NCBI GenBank assembly: GCA_043228905.1
Contig: JBHGNT010000021.1
Coordinates: 8,370,001-8,434,000, forward strand
Direction: 5' to 3'
DNA: 64,000 bases
From: Azolla caroliniana
Lineage: Eukaryota > Plantae > Polypodiophyta
The position numbers were made by a program, and so were the translations under genes. Under the pieces are notes generated by a model that searched no databases, was not told where the DNA came from, and saw only the letters and a list, made by a program, of their open reading frames with translations. Positions 1 to 14,283 of this stretch are shown in pieces. Numbering within the stretch: position 1 is the first letter of the stretch; each line of letters starts with the position of its first letter.

Positions 1-3000
1 CAAGCGTGGTTTGCACCCTTGATCGAGAAATCATCCCCTCTCTTAGAAAACTTCACCGCTTTCATTGAGGAGCTCGAAGCGACATTTGGCGAGATAGACC
101 GACGACGAATGACAGTCACAAAGCTTTATTCTTTCCAACAAGGCTCACGTCCAGGTTCGGTCTACGCCTCAGAGTTCCATCAGATTGCTTGCGACGTGAG
201 TTGGGATGACCAAGCCCTATGCGACCATTTCCGTTGCGACCTCCGAAACGACGTCAAGACCCTTCTCTTAAACTTCATGGAGCCCAGATCATTGTCTCAA
301 GTAATCTCCCAAAGTGTCTAGTGTGACAATCGTCTCTTCAAACTTCGTCAAGAAGAACGGGGGACTCGTGGGTCTCAAGCTTCTTCCCGAAACGCATCAA
401 TCGCTAGGTCCTACTTGTCTCCCACGCCAACCTTACCATCACCCAATGATAACCATACCACGATGGAGGTCGATTTCCATATCCTGATGGAGATCGACCA
501 CGCTTGGTTCCAACCACTGAAGCCCAATGCCAACATCGTCGGGACAATGGACTTTGTCTCTATTGTAAACGTGGCAACCCCGACCATGTCATCCGGCACT
601 GCCAGGTGCGGGGCCGACGACAAACAATTCTTTTAATGTCCTCAAAGCAACTTTTCTCTCCGCCCCCATGTTAGTCCACCCCAACCCCACCCACCCTTTC
701 CATGTTGAAACTGACGCCGCCGACTTTGCCATAGGTGCGGTCTTGTCTCAATTCGACGACGATGGCACCCTACATTCGGTCGCCTTCTACTCTCGGAAGT
801 TTACAGCCTTGGAAATCAATTATCTGGTCTACAACAAGGAGCTTGCAGCTATCATCTCGGCCTTCGCCGAATGGCGACCCTATCTGGTTGGGACCCAACA
901 TCGTATTCAGGTGCTGACCGACCACAAGAATCTCATCTACTTCACCACCACTCATACGTTGAATCAGAGGCAGGCTCGTTGGTCATCTTTTCTCACCGAC
1001 TATGACTTAGAAATCTTGTTTCGACCCGAGGTTCAACATGGGAAAGCGGATGCTCTCTCTCGGCGACCCGATTTTGCAATACGCCCAGGTGATGACGCAT
1101 ATTCTCAGCAATGGTATTGTTTATTGTGGCCCGATCAACTCCACATGTTCGCAACCTATATGTTGCATGATGATTCCTTGGTCAATGAGATCGCCCAAGC
1201 AACTACGTCAGACCCTTTCGTTACTGACATCATGGCGTGCCTTAACAACCCATCCCAAGAGATGCAAAGCTTCGATCTTAGTTGCTTTACAACTCAGGAT
1301 GGGCTACTCTATGTAATCACCTCCTTTACGTACCAGCTGGCACATGTCGCATCCGAGTATTACAAACTTGCCACGATTATCCTCTTGTTAGATACTTTGG
1401 GTTCGCAAAAATGTTGGCGTTGATGCCTCAGGGGTTTTGGTGGCCCCAACCTTGGAAATTGGTCAAAGAATTTATCAAAACTTGTGACGTTTGTGCTCAC
1501 TCCAAAGGGGCTCACCATCGTCCATACGACCTTCTACACCCACTTCCAATTCCCAGTCGACCTTGGGCATCTTTTTCCATGGACTTTATCACCGACCTTC
1601 CTTGGGTTGGTGACCATTTCGGGGGAGGAGACGGGCTAGTGATCGTCGATCGGTTTTCAAAGATGGCTCACTTTGTCCATGTTCGAAAACCATTTCGGAG
1701 GGAGGAGATGGCTAACCTTTTTCTGAAAAATGTCATATGATTACACGGCTTCCCTGAGGATGTCACTTTTGATCGAGGTCCTCAATTTATCTCCCACTTC
1801 TGGCGCCAACTTCTACAAACATTCGGGACTTCTGTGAACTTGTCTACCGCGCACCACCCTGAAACGGTGGTAAACCAAAAGAGTCAACCAAGTCCTCGAA
1901 CAATGCCTCCGGGGTACAGTCAGCTACCAACAAGATGATTGGGTGGACTTCCTTGCCATCGTAGAATTTGCCTACAATAATAGTATCCATGCCTCAACTA
2001 AGGTTTCCCCGTTCTTTGCAAACTACGGTTTCCACCCTCGTTTCAACATTTCCATTCCGGAGACTTCCGTCAATCCGTTGGCCGAGAGGCATGCCCACAC
2101 CTTACAAGATGTCCATCATGACCTCTCCCTCGAGCTCCATGCCGCTGGCAAACAATATAAAGCTCACGCTGATCGACATCGCTTGGTCACGTTGACCTTC
2201 ACAGTCGGTGATATGGTTTGGCTGCTACCTCGCCACATCGCAACCACCCGTCCCTACGCGAAACTCGACTACAGAAAGCTAGGCCCCTTCCGTATCCTCG
2301 AGTGCGTTCCCCCACATTTTGGCTTCACAATGTTTTCCACGTCTCTCTCCTCAAACCCTACCATCCTTCTCACATTCCGGGACGACAACCTCCGCCGCCG
2401 CCGTCGCCTGTGGAATTATTGACAGGTGAGGAGTACAAGGTTGACTGGATCCTCGATTCCCACTTGCGTCGTTGAAGACTTCAATACTTGGTCTTATGGA
2501 AAGGTTACTCTCTTTCGGACGCCACATGGGAACCAGTTACACATTTACAAAATGCGCCGGAGGCAATTCACGAATTTCATTAACGATACCCTCATAAACT
2601 GGCCGCGGGTGTTAGGAGGTGGCCTTAGAGGGAGGATAACGTCATAGACATATACCACGGAGGAAGGTAGGGATTAAACCTTAGACCTCATGGTCTCTAT
2701 TGGGCAACCCTACCAATTGAGCTAAATATGCATCCGTGCATAGTATGAACCATACGTACCATACGCGCATTCGCATTCGCGTAAGAAAAACACCGTCAAA
2801 GAATGATAAATACCATACTTTTGGATTAACTATTTATTATGACGTAAATAAGCCTAAAAAATGAAAAACAACATTAAAAAAATGGGAAAAAAACAAAAAA
2901 AAAACACAAGAATGTTTGAATAACATTCGCATTCGTTTTCCAACGTAGGAAAATTATGCTAGACGAACACACATTTTACGTACTATACATCCTTGTACCA

Positions 3001-3253
3001 AATCCAACTTCATGTAGTGTAGATTGAACATTGTAAGTTTCTAGCTTGCACACATTCTCATACATCCTCATGCATACTCTATTTTTTGCTGGCTTACATA
3101 GCCCTACCTTCTTGTATAAATACTCAGGTGCACCTTGATTCTAATCAAGGTGAACAACACCAGTTACGGAGTCTATAAGTTGAGTTCTTGTTCTTTTCCT
3201 CTCTTGTGTTCTAGTCTTTTCTTCGCTGTGATCTATTATACTTGTCCGTGACA
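1..3253 (+). mobile_element. Degenerate Ty3/Gypsy chromovirus (Tcn1-like): gag, RNase H, integrase, chromodomain, PPT and 3' LTR; 5' end outside window; protease and RT deleted
   Basis: Gag fragment 19-321 and zinc knuckle (GLCLYC..GNPDHVIRHC, about 548-605). RNase H motifs ETDAADFAIGAVL, YNKELAAI and VLTDHKNL (668-1423). Integrase SMDFITDLP and IVDRFSKMAHF. Chromo-like [26 protein letters not shown]. Purine tract at about 2627-2639. Many stops and frameshifts. Confidence 0.9.
2640..3253 (+). repeat. 3' LTR of the chromovirus
   Basis: Starts (c)gtca directly after the PPT and ends gtgaca. TATAAATA at about 3115 is followed by hairpin caccttgatt-ct-aatcaaggtg. Confidence 0.75.
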
Positions 3254-3804
3254 TCCACTACCTTCACTTTCTCATTTGTATTAGTGGTTAAATCTTAGTT
3301 ACCACTTTTGTAATCAACCGCTTCGAACATTTGTATACCCATTTTTTCTATAAAGGGTTCTTGCTTAATCTAGTGTTTCAGCCTAAAAAGAGGCTTTCTT
3401 TTGGTCTTAATTTTGTATAATTCCTTCATAATCTTGTGTTCAATATGTTAGTTATATGTTTTGAACCTTACGTTGCGCTTAATCATTGTTCTACTATGCA
3501 AGCCTTCGACTCATTGCCTCCTTTGACTTGTGGGAGCCTTTGACTCCTTAGAGCTAGGACCTTTAACTCTTCAGATCCTTGGACTTGTAGAAGGCCTCGG
3601 CTCCTCCTATGAGCATTCGAGTTCTTTACATTTGTGCCCACCTAATCTTTGTGTACTCCCTAGCCCAACACCCTTGGGGTCCTGCTCAAGTAGCATATGC
3701 ACACGTGATTACATGACAATGTTGCGAGGAGATCCTTGGTACAAAGAGGAGTAAAGTGCTCTTGGTTCATTCATCCATGTGGCCCCTATGTATGTATGTG
3801 TGTA

Positions 3805-6050
3805 TGTTGTTGCGGAAGTGTCAAAATATTCTTAGTTATTTATAGCAAAATAACTAACTAAATATAACAAAAAAATAAAGCTATTAAATAGAGTAAGAAA
3901 ACAAACCAAAATTTAACGAGGTTCGGCCAATTAAGACTGTCCTCCAAAGTAGCCTACTAAGTGGGAGAAAATAATACAAGATTGGGATTTGGATACCCAA
4001 ACTAAGAGGAAGAGGAGCTTATTTATAACTCCCAAATCACTTCCCGAAATTCCCATTTCCAATGTGGGATAAAGGAATGGGCCAAAGAATCAATAAATCT
4101 CCACCTTGGCCCAATCTCTTATCCTACTAAATTCAAATATTCTCAAATAAACAAATAATAAAATAGTCCTTACGGTGCTTCCAAATCTATGCTGTGAGGC
4201 GCCAACTTTAAATGTGCAGGATATTAGCCAAGTCTAAACAATGTTCAAACTTGGCCCTTGTAACCACCTTGGTCAGCATATCTGCAAGATTTTCTATAGT
4301 ATGAATCTTTTGGAGAAGTATCTCCTCCTCGTCGAGAATTTCCCGCACGAAGTGATAGCGAACATCAATGTGCTTCGTCCGTGTGTGAAAGACTTGGTTC
4401 TTTGCTAAATCAATAGCTTCACTCTAACTGTTACAATACACATTAAGTTGTTTTTGACCAACTTCCAAGTCTTTAAGCACCCCATGTTGCTAGATTGCCT
4501 CCTTCATAGCCTTTATAATTGCCATATACTCAGCCTCTATCGTAGACAAAGCCATTGTTGACTGTAAAGTAGACAAAGCCTTTGCTAATGTGAACAAATA
4601 GCCAGTTGTAGATTGTCGCTTATCCAAATCATTTGCATAATCAAAATCATAATATCCAAATATGCATTGATCAAGTGATTTATCCTCCTCAAATTTCAAT
4701 CCAACATCCACGGTATTTTGAAGATACCGAAGAATCCATTTCACAACTTGCCAATGACCCTTGCCTGGATCATGCATATACCTGGCAACAATTCTAACAA
4801 TAAAATATCGGGTCGTGTACACGACATTGCATACATCAAGCTTTTAGCTGCATTTGCATACGAGACTTTCGCCATGTATTTTCACTCTTCATTAGTTGTT
4901 GGAGATAATCCATTACTCAGTTTCAAATGCAGACCAAATGGAGTGCTTACAGGTTTTGTATCATCGTACATACCAAAATGTTGTAGTATCTTCTTCAATT
5001 ATTGCATTAATGACAACCAAAGTTTGTTCCTCTCTTTGTTCCTACTTATCTCCATGCTGAGAATATGTTTGGCTTCCCCAAATCCTTCATCTCGAACTCT
5101 TTACTCATCTAACCCTTCAACCTGTGAATCTCAACTTGACTCTTTGTTGCAATCAACATATCATCAACATATAAGAGTAAGTAGATGTATTGTTAGGAAA
5201 CAGGTCCCTCCGGATGGGAAGTGAGAAGAACAGTGTTGATGAGCAACTCGGCTAAGGCCGATAGGCCGAGCCCGAATCCGGATGTGGAGTACCCGGCAAT
5301 GGAAGACCCGGTGAGAACCAGATGACGAGTACCCGGCAAGGAAGAGCCGGTGAGAACCGGATGTTGCAGGCCCGGTGAGAACCTCTCATCGGATGGAAGG
5401 GACATATATGTAAATATGTTCCACAGAGCCCACTGGGGCTATATTTGTAAATAGCCCGAAAGTCATATTAGTATAAATATGACCTAGGGCAAACTTAATA
5501 GCGATGATGATAGAGTTATTGGTGTAACCTCTGTACACTGCGTAAGAGAGAGAGAGAGAGAACGACATACAAAGATTGTGTCTTTGTTGTAAACGCCGCT
5601 AGGAGAAGATTGTGAGCAAGAGGTCGTTGACTCTATGCTCCCTGTTGTATTACTTTACAGAGTGATAGTTTGGAGTTTGTGGACTCCCGTGGTTTTTCCC
5701 TCTCAGGGTTTTTGACGTTAATATCCTGTGTATTCTCTTTCTGTTTTGTCGACTTACCTCCATTCCCATTTAGTCTGTGGTTTTTTTTTTCGATTGTCAT
5801 CAAGTGATCTACGCTTCGGTTGTTGCCGGAGATTAATCTGCGTATTCCACATCATGTATGAACCATCTAGAAGATTGTGCAAATACACACAATGATTGTA
5901 TTTGCTTCTCCTATACTTCTGACCCTTCATGAACTTGTCAAATCATTTATACCATTGTCTCGGAGATTGCTTCAGTTCGTACAATGATTTGCTAAGTTTA
6001 CAAACCCAATCTTCTTTACTGACAACCTTGTATCCTTTTGGTTGAGGAAA
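3805..6050 (-). mobile_element. Decayed Ty1/Copia remnant (RT, RNase H, PPT, 3' LTR about 3805-4095)
   Basis: Minus-strand translations KLSKSLYELKQSPRQWYK, YLLLYVDDMLI, HWQVVKWILRYL and ALSTIEAEYMA. PPT aaggtggagatt at about 4096-4107. Confidence 0.85.
5191..5854 (+). mobile_element. Copia-family solo LTR inserted into the Copia RT
   Basis: TG...CA ends with 5-bp TSD TGTAT on both sides. Similar to the LTRs at 25793, 28676 and 49684. Host frame (DGSYIYLLLYVDD) is restored on removal. Confidence 0.9.
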
Positions 6051-8420
6051 TCTATTCATGTGTAAAGTTTTGAAAAAAAATCCCTCAAAGCACATGAACC
6101 TGATACATTTCTGGCGTAACACTTCTCTTGCTAGGGTGCCCAAGTCAAATGTCCCATTTTCGACTCCTACTATCCAGTACGGTTCGGTCCATTTGAATCA
6201 CAATTTGCCTGGCATTTGTCCCATGCGTGTTTAGAACACTAGGATGACGTTTCCAATTTTAAACCATTTCTCATTGGTGCCGCGGCGATCCATGAACACC
6301 TTCCGCCGGTTCCAAGATTTCCATGCTGTGGACTCTAGCTTCACCGAGTTCGAGCAGTTGATGTAAGCGGACTTGCTCAGATTGTCGTTTGGAGAGGCGT
6401 TCCCTCACTTGTATCCGTAAACTCAGAACCTGGAATTCCACATGCATTACGGCTTCGAGTCCGAACGCTAGCCGGAATGGAGTCGATTGGATATTGGACT
6501 TGAAACTGGTGCGGTACGCCCATAGGGCGCTATGCAACTTAGTCTCCCAATCCGTGCGGTTGTCATTGATGATCTTCTTTAGGATGTTCTGGAGTGTTTT
6601 GTTCGTCAATTCCGCGAGTCCATTTGCTTGTGGATAGTACGACGTGCTTTTCTTGTGAACTATGACGTAATGGTTGGTGAGCTCATGGATTACCGTATTG
6701 AGGAAATGGCTTCCTTGATCGCTAATAATCTCTATAGGGCATCCAAAACAACACCAAATGTGCTCATATACGAATTGTGTCGTGGATGCCGCCGTGTTAT
6801 CTCGTAAAGCTTTGGCCTCGAACAATTTTGTATAGTAGTCTATGGCCAATAGGATGTAGTTATTACCTGTTCGTGCTCCGGCTGGGGTAAATGGTCCGAC
6901 GAAATCCAGACCCTATTTCTGGAAAGGCTCTAGTGGTAGCATTGGTTGATGGGGCATTCACACAGATTCTATAGGTTGGCCCATTCGCTGACATAGGTCA
7001 CATTGTTTGCAGTATGCGTGAGCATCCTTCTGTATTGTCGGTCACCAAAGTCCTCGTTGCCATATCTTCCATGCAGTTGCCTCCCCCGCATAGTGCCCCT
7101 TGCTATTCCATAGTGAGCCTCTCGTAATACCATGTTTTTTTCCTCCTGGCATACACATCTTCGCCAGATGCCATAGCTTCTCTTATGGTACAGTATTCCT
7201 TCGAGTAGGCAGACGTTCTGGCGTCTCACCACTAACCGTTTCTTTTCATCAATATGCAGCCTTGGAGGTGGCAGTCCCGTACTTAAGAAATAGGTCATTT
7301 CCTCCAGCCATTTGTCCGGGGAGTGTATTCCTTCTTCAGCTTCTTTTGCCGAAATACGCAAGATTCCGGTATCCAGAAAGTTGTCGTACCCTTCAACCGC
7401 TTCTTCTCCATTTTCAATACGGCTCAGGTAATCCGCCACTGCGTGCTGGGTCCCCGACCGATGCTGTATCTCGAACTCAAACTCTTGCAACAACAACATT
7501 CACCGGGCCAACTTCCCTATGAACATTTGTTTTGAGATGAGGTATAGTAACGCCATGTGATCAACGTGAAAGGTGAACTTTCAGCCCAGTAGATAATGCC
7601 GAAATTTGTTGACGCTATATATCATTCCTAAGGCATCGCGCTTTGTCGTCGAATAGTTTCGTTCAGCGTCTGTTAATTTACTACTGGAGTAGTATACCGA
7701 CCAATACCAATTCTGCTCAGTGAACTACATGAGTGCGCTACCGATAGCTATGTCAGATGCATCTAGGAACACATGGAATGGTTTTGTCCAGACTGAAGGC
7801 TATACGACTAGCACTTGCATAAGCATTACTTTTAGCGCTAAGTATGCCTTGTCTTCCTTCGCCGTCGATTTGAAGGGAGTGCAATGCACTGCTGCGTGTA
7901 ATGGCGTAGCAAAATCTGCAAGACAATGGAGCATGCAGATGTCCCAGCGAATATGACCCAAGAAGCGGGTAAGAGCCTTTGCGTTGCGTGGGGATGGAGC
8001 CTCTACGATGGCTTTAATTTTTCCAGGATCCACCGCGATACCGTCTTTGCTCACTATGTGCCCGAGAAGGGCTCTGCTTGTGACCCCAAACGCGCATTTT
8101 ACGGGATTGAGGCTGAGCCATTCTAAACGACATCGTTCTAAGCATAAACGTAAATGTCCTAAATGATCCTATCATGTTCCATACACCGCAAAGTCACCTA
8201 GAAAAACCTGCATGAACGTAGGGATGAACTCGACAAAAATTTCGGTGATGATGCGTTGGAACGTTGCTGGGGCGGTCTTTAATCTGAACATCATGACTAC
8301 GGCCACGAAAACGCCCCAATCTATTACAAAGAAAATTTTCTCTTGGTCGGTTGGGTGCATTCATACCTAGTTGTACCCGCTAAATCCATTCAAGCAGATT
8401 TACATTTCGTGACCCGCCAC

Positions 8421-8534
8421 TGTCACGAACAATACTAAGGCAGAGAAGTATTGTCAAGAACAACACTAAGACAAAGAAGGAATTAGTACTATGGGAGGTG
8501 TAGAACTCTCGAGAGAAGGGAAGAGTGAGTGAGT

Positions 8535-8587
<53 letters not shown>

Positions 8588-11500
8588 ACAAAAGATATAT
8601 ATTATGTTAAGAGAATATACAATAATAGCTAGGAGGCTTAAGACTGGTGTTGAACTGATTTGGTTCGAAATAAGGCCTTGTGCCTCCTTTTATAGTGTCA
8701 GGAGTATTCCTGAAGTTTCTAGAATGTTCCAGAGAAATCTGGAATATACATCAATTTTCTATAGTAAAACCTAAATGAAAATAATATCCTTCGTATTACA
8801 ATATATAGTCTAATGGTCAAGAGCTCGACCTATTTAACATAAGGTCATGGGTGCCATATCATGAAACTATTCCCCCTTTAAAATGAGTGTCATGAGTCGT
8901 TTTGGATTGAGGACCCGGTTTGTCTAGATACTGACGATGGAAGTCTTCAAGAAGAGCACGAGCATTGGTCACATTCTCTATTGGTTCCTAAGTACGCTCG
9001 CTAGGACTATATCCTAGCCAATCGACTAAATAGTAGAGCTTGTTGCGAACAATCTTGGAATCGAGGATGACGGCAACCTCGTAATCAAGTCCATCTTCAA
9101 GTTCGATTGGAGGTGGAGGTTGTTTAATACGACCTGGGATGGTGCTGTCTTGATAGGGTTCGAGGAGAGCACTATGAAACACTAGATGTATCCGAAGTTG
9201 TGGAGGTAGATCGAGACGAAAAGAGACATCATTACTTTTTCCGATAATACGGAAAGGACCTAATCATCGATAATCCAACTTCTCGCATGGACGAGTAGTC
9301 TTGATGTGTCGTCGTAGTATCCATACCCGATCTCCAATGTTAAAACTGGATGGAAGCCAATGACGATCCGCGTAAAGCTTGTGTATTTGTTGAGCTTGTT
9401 GTAGGTGCGTAGATAAATCCACTTGTATCTTGCGTAACCGCTCCAAACGATCCTTTGCGCAAGGATTTGTGGGTAACTCTAGGGTTTCAAATACACATCA
9501 TCTGGGTGACAACCCATATAAGCATAAAATGGTGTAAACTTTGTCGATGAGTGGAAAGAGTTATTATACGCAAATTCGGCGAAGTGGAGAATATATGCCT
9601 AGTCATCTTGATGATAGCTTAGAAAGCACCGAAGATACTGCTCCAACGTTTGATTTGTTCGTTCTGTTAGGCCGTCCGTTTGCGGGTGGTAGCCGAAGGA
9701 AAGGTTACAAGTGACCTTGAGCATTTTAAAGAGGTGCTTCCAAAATTTCGGGACAAACTGGGGTCCACGGTCACTGATGATACTATCGGGAAGGCCATGA
9801 TGCCAACATACTTCACGCATGATAGTTTTGGTGGTTTCCTCACTCGAGATTTCCTTAGTACATGGCAAGAAATGGGCCATCTTCGTATATCAATCTACTA
9901 GTGTTAAGATCAAATCGAATCCCTTAGAGACTGGAAGATATGTGATGAAATCTAGAGCAATGGATTGCCACGGCTTGCCTGGAATTGGTAATGGTTCTAA
10001 TAAACCATATGGATGATGCCTTGGCATTTTTGCTCTGCAACATGTATCACAAGTCCGAACAAAATCTTTGACAAATTGTTGCATATGGGGCTACCAGAAT
10101 GATCGTTGTACTAAATCTAATGTCTTAGTACTACCAAAATGCTCAACTGTATATGTGTCATGCCAGTTTTGGACTACTCGAAGTTGACAAGAACCATTAG
10201 GAACATACAAGAGTTTCTTAAAGAATAGTAATCCATCATGACATTCGAATTGTCGATAGTGTATACCTGGTTGTTGTCAGAAGCAGTACTAAGACAGAGA
10301 GGTATTGTCAGGAACAGTATAAAACAAAGAAGGAATTAGTACTCAAATATGAGGATTAGTACTAAGGGAGGTGTAGAACTCTCGAGGGAAGGAAAGAGTG
10401 AGTGAGTGAGAGAGAGAGAGAATGAGGATAACAAAAGATATATTATGTTAAGGGAATATACAATAGTAGCTAGGAGGCTTAAGAGTGGCGTTATACCGAT
10501 TTGGTTCGACATAATGCCTTGTGCCTCCTTTTATAGTGTTCTCAGGAGTACTCCTGAAGTTTCTAGAATGTTCCAGAGAAATCTAGACTATACATCAATT
10601 TTCTATAGTAAAACTTAATATCCTTTGTATTACAATATATAGCCTAATGGTAAGAGCTCGACCCATGTACATAAAGTCATGGGTTCGACTCTTGCCATAT
10701 TATGACACTATCCCCCTTTTAAAACGAAGAGTGTCACGAGTCGTTTTGGATTGAGGACCCGGTTTGTCTGGATATTGACGATGGAAGTCTTCAAGAAGAG
10801 CATGAGCATTGGTCACATTCTCTATCGGTTCCCAGATACGCTCGCTGGGACTATATCCTAGCCAATCGACTAAATAGTAGAGCTTGTTGCGAACAATCTT
10901 GAAATCGAGGATGGCGGCAACCTCGTACTCAGGTCCATCTTCATGTTCGATAGGGGGTGGAGGTGGTTTAATATGACCTCGGATTGTGCTATCCTGATAG
11001 GGTTCTAGGAGAGAAAAATAGAGCACCGGATGTATCCGTAGCTGCGGAGGTAGATCGAGACGAAAAGCGACATCAATAATCTTTTCAATAATATGAAAAG
11101 GACCTAATTGCCGATAATCCAACTTCTCGCATGGGTGAGTAGTTTTGATGTGTCGTCGTAGTAGCCACACCCGATCTCCAATGTCAAAACTGGATGGAAG
11201 CCGATGAAGATTAGTACATAAATCCACTTGTATCTTACATAGCCGCACCAAACGATCATCTGCACAAGGATTTGTAGGTAACTCTGGGGTTTCAAATACA
11301 CACCACCGGAGGTGACAACCCGTGTAAGCATAAAATGGTGTCACTTTTGTCGATGAGTGGACAAAGTTATTATACGCAAATTCGGCGAAGTGGAGATATC
11401 TGCCCAGTCATCTTGATGATAACTTAAAAAGCACCGAAGATACTACCTTGGCGTTTGATTTGTTCGTTCTGCTTGGCTGTCTGTTTGTAGGTGGTAGCCG

Positions 11501-14247
11501 GAGGAGGGGTTAAAAGTGACCTTAAGCATTTTAAAGAGATGCTTCTAGAACTTCGAGAAGAACTGGGGTCCACGGTCGCTGATGATACTATCGGGAAGGC
11601 CATGATGCCGACATACTTCACGCAAGACAATTTCGGCGGTTTCTTCAGTGGAGATTTCCTTAGTACATGGCAGGAAATAGGACATCTTCGTATATCGATC
11701 TATTACTGTTAAGATCACATCGAATCCCTTCGAGACCGGAAGATCTGTGATGAAATCTAGGGCAATGGATTGCCATGGCTTGCTTGGAATTGATAATGGT
11801 TCTAATAAACCATATGGATGATGCCTTGGCATTTTTGCTCTTCAACATGTATCACAAGTCTGAACAAAATCTTCGACAAATTGTTGCATATGGGGCCACC
11901 AGAATGATCGTTGTACTAAATCTAGTGTTTTAGTACTACCAAAATGCTCAACTATATATGTGTCATGACACTTTTGGACTACTTGAAGGCGACAAGTACC
12001 ATTAGGAACATACAAGAGTTTCTTAAAGAATAGTAATCCATCATGACATTCGAATTGTCGATAGTCCGTACCTGAACAAGATGCTTCAGACGGATCAATT
12101 TGTCCTAGAATGGTTTGAGCGAAAGAATTTGTCTTCAAGTCCTCACGTATGGTATCGATAACGTGGGAATCCAAAGGCATACCGAAGACCTGCGTTGCTT
12201 GTAGTTGTGCCGGTCCCAAGATTACTTGCTTTTGGTTATCGAAAGCCGGCTCGCCGAGACGCGGTGCTAGATACGAACGCCGTGATAATGCATTTGTCTT
12301 CCCTAATTGCTTCCCTGGACGATATGTAATTTTGAAGTTGAAACGAGTGAGGAATTGGGCCCACCGAGCTTGACATCGATTTAACACACGAGCATTCTGA
12401 AAGTAGGCAAGGTTTTTGTGATCACCGAATACGATAACTTGATGAGAAGACCCCTCTAGAAAATGCCTCCATTGCTTAAAAGAGTCCACTATTGCTAATA
12501 GCTCCTTATCGTGAATTTCATAGTTCATTTCCACGATGTCAAACTTGTGTGAATGGAAAGCCACAGGATGTAGCTTTTCATCATCACCTTGTTGAGACAG
12601 AATGCTACCCAATGCGAAATCCGACGTGTCTGCTTCGATGATGAATGGTTTTTCCGGATCAACATGAGCCACAATAGGAGCTGATGTAAATGCCTTCTTA
12701 AGACTCTCAAAAGCCATGTTTGCTTCTTCAGACCAAATGAACGATTGTCCCTTCCTGGTGAGTTGTGTGAGAGGTAGAACAAGCTTTGAGTAATCCTATA
12801 TAAACTTGCAGTAGAAATTGGCAAAGCCTAAAAAGCATTGCACATCTCGCAACGAACATGGAGTCTACCACTCTACCACCATTTTGACCTTAGATGGATC
12901 CATGGAGATGCCTTCCGAGGAAATGACATAGCCTAGAAATTCTACCTAGTTGCACTCGAAACTACATTTTTCTAGCTTTGCATAAAGACCATGTTCTCGA
13001 AGCCGTTTTAGTACTAACAATACATGAGAATCATGCTCTTCTTGGGTCTTCGAATAAACCAATAGATCATCCAAATAGATGATCAAACAAACATCTAAGA
13101 GATCTTGGAATATATCATTTTCTATGTGCTTGAAGACTACTAGCACATTAGTGAGGCCGAATGTCATGACCGTATACTTGAAGTGTGCATATCTGGTGCG
13201 AAACGCAGTCTTCCATTCATCTCCTGGTCGGATCTGTACGAGGTTATATGCTCCTCGTAAGTCGATCTTTGTGAAGAACCTTGCACCATTGATCCGTTCT
13301 AAAAGACTTGAGATAAGGGAAAGTGCATACCTATTTCTAATGGTGACTTTATTCAATCCACAGTAATCTACGACGAGACGAAGTGATACATCCTTTTTCT
13401 TGATGAAGAAAATGGGTGCGCCGGCTGGAGATTTCAAATGTCAAATGAAACCATTTGCCAAATTCTCCTCTATATAGGCTCGAAGGACTTCTAGCTCAGT
13501 TCGTGACGAATTGTAGATCGGTCCCCATGGTGGTTCTTTCCCGGTTGTAAATCGATGGGGCAATCATATGGTGTCGTGAAGATTCCGGGCCATGGTGAGA
13601 AACCGGGGAATATCAGAAGAATCGGCAAAGTGGATCATGTGCACTTACCCTTGTATAAACGTGTGAATAATAGGGGTGCCTTTATGGTGCCGAGTGGGAG
13701 TTAAGTCGGAATAGAGAATCCCATGTAAATCGGGATTTATCCCACATTGTTACGCACCTCCCTCCTTGTGCTATAAAAGGAAGGGAGGGTCCCTTGTAAA
13801 AGGGTAGCCCATTTTGAGTTTGGAGGGTATACCGTTAGATTTAGGGCTAGGCAATTTTCTCTTATTCTTATCGTTTTAGGGTTTCATTTTGCTAGCGTTC
13901 TTCTTCTTCGTTGTCGTCGTCATCGTGTGGGTTGAGTTCATGTTGTTTAGGGTTAGTCCGGTTAGGAGCTCGTATTTCTGAAGGGGTTTAGTCTTCTGCC
14001 CTGTCTCCTGTGCAAGACCCCGCTCGGCACGACGAGCCCGAGAGATCCCCGACAGGAGGTTTGGCAGCAGATTGTTGTTGTAACCTAACCTACCTTGGTC
14101 CGGCTCGAAGCCGGGGTTGTATCTTACTCTTGTAATTATATATATAAAAGGTTATGCATACTCGTGTCTCTGTTGGAGTCGGGTGTGTTTCTTCCCTTTT
14201 GTTTCATGTACATAAGAGGCGTGTGCGGAGTCGGTGTTGCGCGTGTG

Positions 14248-14283
<36 letters not shown>

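Noticed and set aside
8538-8582. (GA)n microsatellites (also about 14248 and 16463)
   Set aside because: Ordinary LTR-borne simple repeats.
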